Positions 44,863 to 53,871 of a stretch of 54,880 bases of DNA are shown in pieces. Made by a program: the position numbers and the translations under genes. Source of the DNA: a virus (Duplodnaviria; Caudoviricetes); the IMG/VR virus record IMGVR_UViG_3300025168_000109, positions 1 through 54,880 of that record; one strand, written 5' to 3'. Within the stretch, counting starts at the first letter, position 1; each line of letters starts with the position of its first letter. A model generated the notes under the pieces. It was not told the DNA's origin. It did no database searches and saw only the letters and a list, made by a program, of their open reading frames with translations.

Positions 44863-46035
44863 TTAATTTAATTGAATTTTTATTCCAGGTAACTCTTCGT
44901 TAATCCTAGATTTACTGCTATGTACCCAGAGAGCGTTCTTTGGGCAATTGTCAGGATTAGGAGCTTCACCATCTGTGAGACATATAAATCCTGAATATTT
45001 AGTTTTAGGATCATTGTAATGATCTGTAACTGGTTGAAAGCACGTTCCACCTCTACCTTTGATTTCCCAAGACTTTTTAGGGTCAAATTCTGAAATATCA
45101 GTTATTTGGGTGTCAAACTGTGCAACAGTAATTTGGTTACCAGTTCTATACATGTGACCTAACTCATGCATAAATTCTACTAGCTCCTCACTACTAACGG
45201 ACCCTGATGTGTCAACGCCTACGAGCACATGATTCTTATGCTTAATTTTAAGGCCTGGGTTTCCAGCATAACGCTTGTTATTTTTACGTCTAAGTTTTTT
45301 AGTATAAATTTTAGATGCATTATTAACATAACGTTTAAGAAAAGATTTCCAATTGAACTTAGGAGGATTTATAGTAAATAACTTTTCAATTATTTCTGCC
45401 AATTCTCCAGGAATAGTACCACATTTCTTCTGAATTTCTTCAGCCGTGGTTTTCATTTGGTGTTCATATTGTTTCTGAACTAGTTTCTTTTCAGCTTCAG
45501 GTAAATCTGTAACTTCTTCCCACTCTTTATGATCATATTGACTATTACCGTCCATTTGATCTAGAATTTTTTGAAGACTTGAATTACTAGAGTTACCATC
45601 TTGATCGCATTCTTTATTAAGTATATCATAATATACTTTAGTACCTGCTTTCTCTGGTAAAAATATACCGGGGAAAGAGAATCTCGTCAAGCCACCCTCT
45701 GGCAACATATACTCAGCAATATATTGGTTGATTTCTATATCTGCCGCAATATTAAAAAGTTTTTTGTTAGGGTATCTATCTGCCAGTATAATATGGCCAA
45801 AAGCTATATGTAATAGCTCATGTTTTAGCAAGCCATGTTGATGATGCTCACTTAAGTTAGAGAAAAAGTCTGGATTAATAACCAGTCTCATCCCAATGCC
45901 GTGTTTTCCTACACCGGCTGTGGCACAACTCTCAGTGAACTCTTTTTGGAGTCCAATGAGAAATATACCATAAAAAGGCTCAGAGAATATCAGTGTTTTA
46001 GATACTCTCGAGAGTTGTTCATGTGTTGATCGCAT
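44863..46035 (-). CDS. DUF2201-type metallopeptidase plus VWA domain protein
   Basis: HELLH, NIAADIEIN, MIDAS VDTSGS, GRGGT and LTDG. Confidence 0.9.
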   Translation of the reverse strand: MRSTHEQLSRVSKTLIFSEPFYGIFLIGLQKEFTESCATAGVGKHGIGMRLVINPDFFSNLSEHHQHGLLKHELLHIAFGHIILADRYPNKKLFNIAADIEINQYIAEYMLPEGGLTRFSFPGIFLPEKAGTKVYYDILNKECDQDGNSSNSSLQKILDQMDGNSQYDHKEWEEVTDLPEAEKKLVQKQYEHQMKTTAEEIQKKCGTIPGELAEIIEKLFTINPPKFNWKSFLKRYVNNASKIYTKKLRRKNNKRYAGNPGLKIKHKNHVLVGVDTSGSVSSEELVEFMHELGHMYRTGNQITVAQFDTQITDISEFDPKKSWEIKGRGGTCFQPVTDHYNDPKTKYSGFICLTDGEAPNPDNCPKNALWVHSSKSRINEELPGIKIQLN

Positions 46036-46044
46036 ATTTAGTTT

Positions 46045-46905
46045 TTAGAATATATACCTTATATTATTCCAAGGTATAATTGATTGATGTAATTTTTTAA
46101 ATTGTCTTATATACTCAGACTTAAGTCCAAGCTTGTATCGTACATTTTCTCCACCATATTGTGAAATTTTAACTTCTTGCTTGTCTGGAACCCAAAGATC
46201 TACTTCTGTCTTTGCGTTAGCAATCATGTTTTCTGTGTGTTTTTTGAAATTGTGTGTTAGAAATATAACTTCAGCTTGTACTCTGCTTTTATATTTTCTA
46301 TCTACAATAACATTAACATCTTCAAATAATCGTGCATAATCATTTATCCAAGTATCTGTGACAATAACTGGAGAAAAATTTATGTGTACGTCGTACCCTG
46401 CTTCTATAAAATCATTGATTGCTATAATTCTATCAATAATTTTAGTTGTATTAGGTTCATGTATATCTGCCATTTTCTGAGGCATTAAGCTAAATCTAAT
46501 ACGTATTTTAAATTGAGGGTTATATGCTAAAAGTTTTTTGTTTACAAACTTTGTTGCAAAAGATCCCATTGCTACTGGGTGAGCTCTGAAGAAGTCAAAT
46601 ATATCTTCCCACTGATGGTACTTAGCGTGAAGACAAAAATCCTCATTACAACTTATATCATATGTTGTAAACTCAGAGTGTGTTTGATTAGGCTTCTCTA
46701 CGGGTGTAAAGTAAGCGTGATTGTTTATAGCTGTAAGTATATCTCCTGTGTTAGTTGCTACAGTAAGACCTGTTGCTCTATGTCTTTTCATGTAACAATA
46801 AGAACAGTTATACAAACATCCATAACCAAAACTTGGTGTTATAAAGTCTGTGGATCTACCAGAAGGCCTTATAAGCATAGACTTTCGAGTAATTTGTTCT
46901 ATCAT
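46045..46905 (-). CDS. Spore photoproduct lyase-family radical SAM protein
   Basis: GCLYNCSYCYM (CxxxCxxC at 46795-46818), ISCNED, FATK, RIRFSL, AGYDVHINFSPVI and QYGG..VRY, collinear with SplB motifs. Confidence 0.85.
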   Translation of the reverse strand: MIEQITRKSMLIRPSGRSTDFITPSFGYGCLYNCSYCYMKRHRATGLTVATNTGDILTAINNHAYFTPVEKPNQTHSEFTTYDISCNEDFCLHAKYHQWEDIFDFFRAHPVAMGSFATKFVNKKLLAYNPQFKIRIRFSLMPQKMADIHEPNTTKIIDRIIAINDFIEAGYDVHINFSPVIVTDTWINDYARLFEDVNVIVDRKYKSRVQAEVIFLTHNFKKHTENMIANAKTEVDLWVPDKQEVKISQYGGENVRYKLGLKSEYIRQFKKLHQSIIPWNNIRYIF

Positions 46906-46907
46906 TA

Positions 46908-47168
46908 CTAGCCCATGTCTCTTTTTTCATCTGCGCGATCTTCTGCAATAGCATCAAGTCTTTGATTTTTATACTCATAGTCTTCAATAGACTCTTCAAA
47001 GAAGTCGTCACATGTCTCACATACAAATCCTTCTAGAGGTTCTGCATGATCTAAGCATTTGCTATCTTGACATATACCATTTACTATTGGTGCATCACAG
47101 CAAAAGCTGCGACCATCATCATTATCTGTGTATTCTGCCCCACAGCAAGGGCTTACCATTTCTGTCAT
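46908..47168 (-). CDS. Small Cys-rich putative Zn-binding protein
   Basis: SPCCGA, FCCDA, ICQDSKC and CETC in an acidic 86-aa ORF. Confidence 0.65.
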   Translation of the reverse strand: MTEMVSPCCGAEYTDNDDGRSFCCDAPIVNGICQDSKCLDHAEPLEGFVCETCDDFFEESIEDYEYKNQRLDAIAEDRADEKRDMG

Positions 47169-47170
47169 GT

Positions 47171-47632
47171 TTAATTGATTTTTTTAATTAATTCTATAGT
47201 TTCTAAAACTTGTTTTCTATTCTTAGGTAAGAAAAGTGTGTAAGTATTATCTGATTGCATAATATGCTTTTTAAATAGCTTCCATTTTATAGGAAACACA
47301 TCATTAGCAAAGCCTTTAACTTCTATTATCCATTTATTGTTAGGGTCTACAAAGTCTGGTGTATAAGTTATATCTCTAATTTTTACAGTAGTTTCTACAT
47401 AGCCCTTGGATTTATGGGGCTCTACACAAGTATAAGGAAAACGGAAACCCTCCATTAATATGAACTTTTTCTTTTCATATAATGATTTGATTCCCGCTTC
47501 CTCTAACTTTTGATATGTAAATAATTCTAACTTAGATCTGAACTTAATACCTTTATAAACACTAGCAATTGCATTTCTAACTTTCTTGTTTACCGGCTTC
47601 TTCTTTAGTCTTCGTCTCACTTTTTTGTACAT
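47171..47632 (-). CDS. PD-(D/E)xK endonuclease (T7 endonuclease I/DUF1064-like, possible resolvase)
   Basis: Motifs FRSKLE, YTPDF and IIEVKG. Confidence 0.85.
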   Translation of the reverse strand: MYKKVRRRLKKKPVNKKVRNAIASVYKGIKFRSKLELFTYQKLEEAGIKSLYEKKKFILMEGFRFPYTCVEPHKSKGYVETTVKIRDITYTPDFVDPNNKWIIEVKGFANDVFPIKWKLFKKHIMQSDNTYTLFLPKNRKQVLETIELIKKIN

Positions 47633-48626
47633 TAATTATTATTTGTTTTATCTGATCAATTCTCCATTGCTTACCGCGCTGAACATATTCATTAGCTATA
47701 AAATCTGAAATGTCTTTACTAGCCCATTCTTCTTTTAACGTAGCATTTAAGAATCCAAAAGTTCCACAAATTCTTTCTGCCATTGTCTGTCCAGCTAAAT
47801 CATTATCATAAAACAAAATTATACATTTAAAACGACTTTTAAGTCTTTCTATAACATTTTCATCCGGCATAGTTGTTTCACTCTGAAACGCAATTGCTGG
47901 AATACCAAGGCTATACAAAGACATAACGTCCTTTAAAGATGAGGTTATTACTAGAGTACCTTCTAGACCTTTTAACATATGTAGGCCTTGAATTTGAGTG
48001 GCATTAGTATTTGAAAACCATTTCCTTTCTTTTTCTTTGGGAGCATATATTTTATACTTTAACCCAATTCTATAAGCATAGGTGATAGATTTACACACAA
48101 ATCTATTTTCATTTATCCAGAAATGAGAAATAGGTTCAACAAGAAATTCTTTTAATATTTTTTTACTAATATTAAACTGCTTCCAGTACTTAGCGTCGTC
48201 AAACGTCCATTCTCTTTTCTTCTTTTTAATTATTGTTACTCTTCTCGTTTCAATAGTTTTATTATACAGTTTTGGCTTAGAGCCGCTAATTCTTTTAAAA
48301 GTGCTATTAGCAGGCCCTAAGTTTAATCCAAAATCTGTATCTATAATAAGTAAAGCTTCGTGAAAAGTACAAGTAAATTTATAACTTACATATGTAAAAC
48401 AGTTAAACGCATGCTGTGGTTGCCCAAAGTCTTTGTATAACAATCCTCCATTCCAAGCTACAATTACACTGTCATTTGAAGTGTCTTCTCTGAATTCACT
48501 ACAAAATCTTCTGCCCACATCTTTAAAAGACGGACAATAATACTTAAATATATCAAAAGGTGATATTTTTTGTAAAATTACGTCTGTATGAAGATGGGCC
48601 CCACTGTCTCTACTTTCAATTACCAT
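47577..48626 (-). CDS. DNA primase (crAss-like TOPRIM type)
   Basis: Motifs SEFRED..., YKDFG, YKIYAP, ITSSLKDVM, FYDNDLAG and KDISD. The likely start is the ATG at 48626, just after the upstream stop. Confidence 0.8.
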   Translation of the reverse strand: MVIESRDSGAHLHTDVILQKISPFDIFKYYCPSFKDVGRRFCSEFREDTSNDSVIVAWNGGLLYKDFGQPQHAFNCFTYVSYKFTCTFHEALLIIDTDFGLNLGPANSTFKRISGSKPKLYNKTIETRRVTIIKKKKREWTFDDAKYWKQFNISKKILKEFLVEPISHFWINENRFVCKSITYAYRIGLKYKIYAPKEKERKWFSNTNATQIQGLHMLKGLEGTLVITSSLKDVMSLYSLGIPAIAFQSETTMPDENVIERLKSRFKCIILFYDNDLAGQTMAERICGTFGFLNATLKEEWASKDISDFIANEYVQRGKQWRIDQIKQIIINVQKSETKTKEEAGKQES

Positions 48627-48627
48627 A

Positions 48628-49389
48628 CTATTGTAACCAGTCGTCTGATTCAGATGGAGCAGCCGGCTCAGCATCAGCAGTTGTTACTGATAACTGTGGC
48701 GTAAACTGTCCCCATTGTAAATCTCCAGGGAACTCAGCATTAAATCCTGAATATTCTCCATTAAGAGCTTTAACAAAATAAGAGTCTCCTGATCTTTGTG
48801 TTCTACCAAAGTGACTTGTATAAACATTCTGATACTTACCATCTTTAACACCTACAAGAACTCTAACTCTGTTGTTAGATAACTGTGTAACTAGTTGTTT
48901 AAGCTCTGAAAGATCAGTTCCTGCTGCAATTTTAGACATAGTATCTAAAGATACTTTACCTCCACTTGCAACGTTAGCCCAAGCTTTAATAAAACCAATT
49001 AACTTTTCTTCATTAGGGAATGCGGCTCTAATACCTTCTTTCTTATACCAGTCATAAGAACTTAAACCCCCTTCGTCTGTTGCATAAGCAAACTGACCAT
49101 AATGGTTTACAAATTGAGTTTTATCTCCATTTCTAGTAATTTTTGGTGTATTTTCTAACAAAAACTCTACTTTAGTTGTAAGGTCTTCATTAGATACCCA
49201 GAAACATACTTTAAATATGTCTTTACCATTAAGTTCCATTGAATAATTTGGCTCTTGTTTTACATTAATTCCCATTGCATGTAGTTCTGCCATGTTAGGA
49301 TTTACTGCTTTTACTTCCATATTAGTTAAACCGGCCCACAATTTGATTCCTCCTAATACTTCTTTACTACTGTCATTACTTTCTATCAT
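48628..49389 (-). CDS. Putative single-stranded DNA-binding protein
   Basis: Lies between the AAA_24 ATPase region and the primase. Beta-rich, with an acidic/aromatic C-terminal tail (SESDDWLQ). Confidence 0.55.
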   Translation of the reverse strand: MIESNDSSKEVLGGIKLWAGLTNMEVKAVNPNMAELHAMGINVKQEPNYSMELNGKDIFKVCFWVSNEDLTTKVEFLLENTPKITRNGDKTQFVNHYGQFAYATDEGGLSSYDWYKKEGIRAAFPNEEKLIGFIKAWANVASGGKVSLDTMSKIAAGTDLSELKQLVTQLSNNRVRVLVGVKDGKYQNVYTSHFGRTQRSGDSYFVKALNGEYSGFNAEFPGDLQWGQFTPQLSVTTADAEPAAPSESDDWLQ

Positions 49390-49406
49390 TTTTTTATTTA
49401 TTTAAA

Positions 49407-50087
49407 TTACATATCAAAAGAGTTACTCTCTTCTAATTCTATTGGTTTAAGCTCTTGGTTTTCGCCCCAAGGCACTGGCGTTACTTCTTCTTCGTCGTCT
49501 GTGTCAGATAACTTGTCACCATCAGGTACACCTGTTATTTCTGGAGTATCAATTGGATCTACTGTTTCTGCTGAAGCTTTTAATAAAGTTTCTTCTGGAG
49601 TTTCATATTCCGTAGGACTTAACATTTCCAAAATAGCTTCTTGAGTCTCATGCATTTGATCTTTAACTTCTGTAACTGTCTCAATAGCTTCGTCTATAGC
49701 CTCTTCTAAAGTTACTTGATTAGGATCTATTGCTTCTACTGCAGACTCTAAAGTTTTATTAAATGAGTCAGCTCTTTCCTGAGCAACTTTTTCATTAAAA
49801 CTAGGATCTACTTCATCAGCTTCTGGAAGTGCAGCTTTTATTGCATCTAAAGGCATGCTTTCTTCAGTGTCATCTACAAATGTAAAAGACAAAGATTTCT
49901 TTCTACTTGGTCTTCTACCTTTAAGAAAAGGATGCTTAAACATCTCATCAACTTCCCAAGGTTTAATACCATACTTAACAGCCATATCTGACTTGCTAAC
50001 ACCGTCTTTTAGATCTTGATCTATCTGCATAACGGAAATTTTTGGAGGCGTTTCACCTGCCTGTACGTTTTTTCTAATTTCAATCAT
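49407..50087 (-). CDS. Hypothetical protein with an N-terminal HTH-like segment and a long acidic tail
   Basis: DLKDGVSKSDMAVKYGIKPWEVDEMF, followed by an E/D-rich region. Confidence 0.55.
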   Translation of the reverse strand: MIEIRKNVQAGETPPKISVMQIDQDLKDGVSKSDMAVKYGIKPWEVDEMFKHPFLKGRRPSRKKSLSFTFVDDTEESMPLDAIKAALPEADEVDPSFNEKVAQERADSFNKTLESAVEAIDPNQVTLEEAIDEAIETVTEVKDQMHETQEAILEMLSPTEYETPEETLLKASAETVDPIDTPEITGVPDGDKLSDTDDEEEVTPVPWGENQELKPIELEESNSFDM

Positions 50088-50089
50088 AA

Positions 50090-50791
50090 TTAATTATCTA
50101 TAAATATATTTGACCAGACTAAGGGCATGGTCTTCCCTATTAAATGCGGACATCTTGTACCACCTGTTACATCTTGCAAAGAATCAAAGGAAATTATAGT
50201 TTCATCTTTATCTCTGCTTATATAACCAATAGCATCTGCCCGTGAGCAAGTAATTTGTTTAAGTTTACCAGTAAGGTCGAGATCTTTTACAACCACTTCC
50301 GTACCTTTCTTATCAACTACTTTATCCTTTAAGTGACCAACTAAGATTACATGATCTGCTAGTCTGTTCAATTTATCTATCCATTTTTGAAATGCTATTC
50401 TTAAATATAAATAGCCGCCGCCGTTAGGCAATGATAGTATTGACATTCCAGGATACTTTGTATCAAAGTTTTTACCCATAGGAGTTTTCATATAAAGTAA
50501 CTTAGCGTCTGCTTCACACCACTCTTCTAATTTAGAAATAGTGTCAATTGCTACGTACTTATATGGTTTATTGTTTTTAATTATCTGTTGACCAACTTCA
50601 GATAGTTCTTTTAAGCTGTTTACTTTAATTTTTAAAGCATCAACCATATCTGAACCGTCTTCTAAGTCAATAATTAAACAATTATCTAACTGAGCTAACA
50701 TAGTAGTCTTACCTATCTTAGGTGGACCATATATTATCATGTTTTTAGGGGATTTGCGGCTCGCCTTAACCTTCGCTTTTGGTAGCTCCAT
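50090..50791 (-). CDS. AAA_24/Sak4-like P-loop NTPase
   Basis: Motifs YGPPKIGKTT, IIDLEDG, VAIDT, ILVGH and ADAIGY. Confidence 0.85.
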   Translation of the reverse strand: MELPKAKVKASRKSPKNMIIYGPPKIGKTTMLAQLDNCLIIDLEDGSDMVDALKIKVNSLKELSEVGQQIIKNNKPYKYVAIDTISKLEEWCEADAKLLYMKTPMGKNFDTKYPGMSILSLPNGGGYLYLRIAFQKWIDKLNRLADHVILVGHLKDKVVDKKGTEVVVKDLDLTGKLKQITCSRADAIGYISRDKDETIISFDSLQDVTGGTRCPHLIGKTMPLVWSNIFIDN

Positions 50792-50981
50792 ACTCTTCTT
50801 TTTTTATTTTATACTTAGTTATTAATCTATCTCTTTTCTGTTCTAGTTTAGCTTTAGATACAGACGGACTTGAAAAAATAGAAACATCTTCATATTCTTT
50901 CACTACCCTCCCTTTAACTTTCTTCAATTTATTTATTGTAGAAGTTAAGTTCTTAACAATTTTAACTGCACGTTCTCTCAT
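50766..50981 (-). CDS. Small basic hypothetical protein
   Basis: 71-aa ORF in the operon, with an ATGA overlap with the upstream ORF. Confidence 0.55.
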   Translation of the reverse strand: MRERAVKIVKNLTSTINKLKKVKGRVVKEYEDVSIFSSPSVSKAKLEQKRDRLITKYKIKKEEYGATKSEG

Positions 50982-51139
50982 CTCTTAGTTTTTAATTTAC
51001 CTCTTAATGAATTGCGTTTTGACATAAGTTTATCTAGCTCCTCTGGATTGTTTTTAAATCTTTTCATACGTTTATCTGTATGATTGATCTCATTTAAAAG
51101 TGCTAGTTTTAGTCTTGTTTTTCCTTTCTTTTTGCTCAT
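50978..51139 (-). CDS. Small basic hypothetical protein (53 aa; not in the ORF track)
   Basis: Manual translation gives MSKKKGKTRLKLALLNEINHTDKRMKRFKNNPEELDKLMSKRNSLRGKLKTKR*. The stop overlaps the next ATG. Confidence 0.55.
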   Translation of the reverse strand: MSKKKGKTRLKLALLNEINHTDKRMKRFKNNPEELDKLMSKRNSLRGKLKTKR

Positions 51140-51236
51140 AATCGTTAATGTTTTTAAATAATTGTTCGTTTTGTGTTAATTCTCGTTGAAAGATTTTTTT
51201 AAGCCTTTCTTTCATTATGGCTCTTATTGTTCTCAT
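51090..51236 (-). CDS. Small hypothetical protein (48 aa; not in the ORF track)
   Basis: Manual translation gives MRTIRAIMKERLKKIFQRELTQNEQLFKNINDYEQKERKNKTKTSTFK*. The ATG overlaps the DnaB stop (ATGA). Confidence 0.4.
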   Translation of the reverse strand: MRTIRAIMKERLKKIFQRELTQNEQLFKNINDYEQKERKNKTKTSTFK

Positions 51237-52168
51237 TGTTTTATTCTTTCGTTAATAGTAAATGTAGACATGTCTGCTTGATATGGTATCATACCTAGCA
51301 TACCATCTCTATTCTTTTCAACATGACAAGCCAATAAACCAACCGGGTCCTCATCACAATAAGTATTAGTAATACCATACAAATCATGCGGCCTATTAAG
51401 AATCAAAACTACATGTGCATCCTGACCAATGCTGTCACCACCAAAGAGATCAGTTAACAACGGCTGATATTGATTTTTTGCACGGTGCTCTTGCTCAATG
51501 TTACGATTAAGCTGAGACAATAATATATTTACAGCTCCCATTTTAGATTGTAAATACATACAACCTTTAGAAACTATATTAAGTCTTTGCAGCTCAGTCT
51601 CTGATTTACCTGAAATAAGTCTAGAATGATCATATACATTGATTACAGTCTTTTCTGGGTATTTATTAAATATATCTTCATTAGCTTTTATAATAAAGTC
51701 CATACTTCTAGGATGATTATTAAAATAAATATCATAGTTATTATATCTACTAGCGTTAACAGCATATTTATTAAAATCAACTTGAGATAAAGGCTTATCT
51801 AAAGAAAACAACTCTCCAAGGCCTTGCTTAAGATCTTTTGAAGCACTACGCATTATCTGCTGATAACCGGGCATCTCAAAGGTCCAATACAATACAACCA
51901 TAGAAGTATTTTGATTCTCATCTAGAACATCAAATATCAATTGATTACTGAACGCAGACTTACCTACGCCGGGGCGGCCTGCAATTACATACAATTTCCC
52001 TTTTTGTAAACCACCCAGTAAGTTACGATTTAGCCTAGGCCATTTAGTAGCTATAACATCTCTGTTACCAGTCATACCAGCTCTTACAACAGCAAGAGAC
52101 TGTTTAACCGCGGTCCCTATCTTCTGAAAGCCGCTATTTTTAAAGGGATCTTGTAATTCTTCCATCAT
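51233..52168 (-). CDS. dnaB: DnaB-like replicative helicase (motor domain only)
   Basis: Motifs AGRPGVGKS, TFEM, LSQLNR, DLFGGDSIGQDAHVV and KNRDG. Confidence 0.9.
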   Translation of the reverse strand: MMEELQDPFKNSGFQKIGTAVKQSLAVVRAGMTGNRDVIATKWPRLNRNLLGGLQKGKLYVIAGRPGVGKSAFSNQLIFDVLDENQNTSMVVLYWTFEMPGYQQIMRSASKDLKQGLGELFSLDKPLSQVDFNKYAVNASRYNNYDIYFNNHPRSMDFIIKANEDIFNKYPEKTVINVYDHSRLISGKSETELQRLNIVSKGCMYLQSKMGAVNILLSQLNRNIEQEHRAKNQYQPLLTDLFGGDSIGQDAHVVLILNRPHDLYGITNTYCDEDPVGLLACHVEKNRDGMLGMIPYQADMSTFTINERIKQ

Positions 52169-52673
52169 TTTTATTTGTTTTATCTAAGTTAATATCTATG
52201 TAGTCTTCCCACGTATAATTGTTAAGCCATGTTTCTAGCTTCTGCATATATCCAAGACTATCTTTGTCTAGTTCTAATTGAACTCTTAACAATGCCATAA
52301 TCTCTTTGTGTTTTGCTACCTTCTCATTTGTTATCTTGCGATAACGATTTTTAGCTTTCATATTAGTGTAAGCATTAGGGTCTTTAGCATGTAATACACG
52401 CCTACCACGGTTAGGAGACTCTACAACTGCAGGATATACTTCAATTAACTCATTGAACAAGTCATCAAAATCACCTGCAAATTGGTCAAGCCACTTATCA
52501 GTTACTTCGTAACTGTCATCTAACCACCCTTCAACTCTTAAAAATTCATAATTAACACTTTCATCTAATTTTTCTGAAATCTCATTAGCTTTATGTTTAG
52601 CATGTAAAGCTACGTACTCGTTAGGGAGTAAATCTAGTTGTTCTAGTAATTCTAAATCTATTTCTATTTTCAT
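52140..52673 (-). CDS. Putative replication initiator/replisome-organiser-like protein
   Basis: Pattern F..L...YP...K.K.RY...YMQKLETWLN...WEDY; directly upstream of DnaB. Confidence 0.5.
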   Translation of the reverse strand: MKIEIDLELLEQLDLLPNEYVALHAKHKANEISEKLDESVNYEFLRVEGWLDDSYEVTDKWLDQFAGDFDDLFNELIEVYPAVVESPNRGRRVLHAKDPNAYTNMKAKNRYRKITNEKVAKHKEIMALLRVQLELDKDSLGYMQKLETWLNNYTWEDYIDINLDKTNKNDGRITRSL

Positions 52674-53860
52674 ATCTCAAATGTTACGTTTTTTAAATTT
52701 TTAGTTGCACTCTTAATCCACTTCTCTTCTTGACTATCTCTCACATATAATACTATAACTTCACCGGTTTTTCCTTCTTGAAATCTTATAAGCCTACCTA
52801 CACGTTGTATCATAGATAATGACTTACTAGTAATTCCACATATAATACCCATATTAGCATCAGGTACATCAAAACCTTGATTTAAAGCTTTTGTTGAACA
52901 CAATACATTTATTTTACCAGTTCTAAAGTTATCTAAAGCAGCATCTTTTTGTTTCTTACTTCTTTTAGAATGATAACTTTGAGCTAAAGGTATAACTGAG
53001 TCTGATAACATATCAGTAAATTCATTAGCACCTCCAAAAGCAAGTATTCTTTTAGTTGGGTTAGCAAAAACTAAATCTCTAAAAGCATCTATTTTATTGC
53101 TAGCAAAATCTATAATCTTTTTACGCTCTCTTATACATCTGTAAAATTGAGTAGCAGCTTTCTTTTCTTGAGGGCTTGCACTAAGGTCTTGCATAATAAG
53201 CTTTGCATTTTCCCAAGCATCAAAATTTCCTAGCTGACTCTTCCAATAAACAAATCTATTGTTGACTTTCTTGTAACTTGTACGCTCATCAAATGTTAAA
53301 TCTATAGGCCTACATATAATATTATAAGGAGAAACTAAGCCTAAATCTACACACTCATCTAATGTTATTTCAAATACAATAGGAGCTATCTCTAACAATA
53401 ACTCTTTGTATTCATATTCTTCAGGTAAGGTAGCAGTCATACATAATAATCTGTCAAATATATTGTTGTCAAAAAACTTACGATACTCAGGAGATAATCC
53501 TAAATGTATTTCATCACATATTACTACATCATAATGCTTACCTATCATTTTATATGCGCTTTGATAACACATAAAATCTACAGTGTCTAAACAGTCTTCA
53601 TACCCCCACTTAATAAACTCTTCTTTAAATTGATCTTTAAGTTGAGTTGTAGGAACAAGTACAAGACCTGTTATCTCTCTATTTTCTACGTTTTCCTCAC
53701 TATCTTTTAATCTTTTTATAGTCTCACCTACAGCTATTACACCGCATCTAGATTTACCAAAACCTGTACCGGCTATAATACTTCCGTGGAAACTATTCAT
53801 AGCCCAATGATTCAAGGCTTTTTTCTGCTGCTTATCTTTTAACTCATTCAAATCTTCCAT
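52670..53860 (-). CDS. SF2 DExH helicase (UvsW/Rad25-like)
   Basis: Motifs GTGFGKS, LVPT, DEIH, TAT, GFDVP and QRVGRLIR. Confidence 0.9.
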   Translation of the reverse strand: MEDLNELKDKQQKKALNHWAMNSFHGSIIAGTGFGKSRCGVIAVGETIKRLKDSEENVENREITGLVLVPTTQLKDQFKEEFIKWGYEDCLDTVDFMCYQSAYKMIGKHYDVVICDEIHLGLSPEYRKFFDNNIFDRLLCMTATLPEEYEYKELLLEIAPIVFEITLDECVDLGLVSPYNIICRPIDLTFDERTSYKKVNNRFVYWKSQLGNFDAWENAKLIMQDLSASPQEKKAATQFYRCIRERKKIIDFASNKIDAFRDLVFANPTKRILAFGGANEFTDMLSDSVIPLAQSYHSKRSKKQKDAALDNFRTGKINVLCSTKALNQGFDVPDANMGIICGITSKSLSMIQRVGRLIRFQEGKTGEVIVLYVRDSQEEKWIKSATKNLKNVTFEI

Positions 53861-53871
53861 TTTATACAGTT

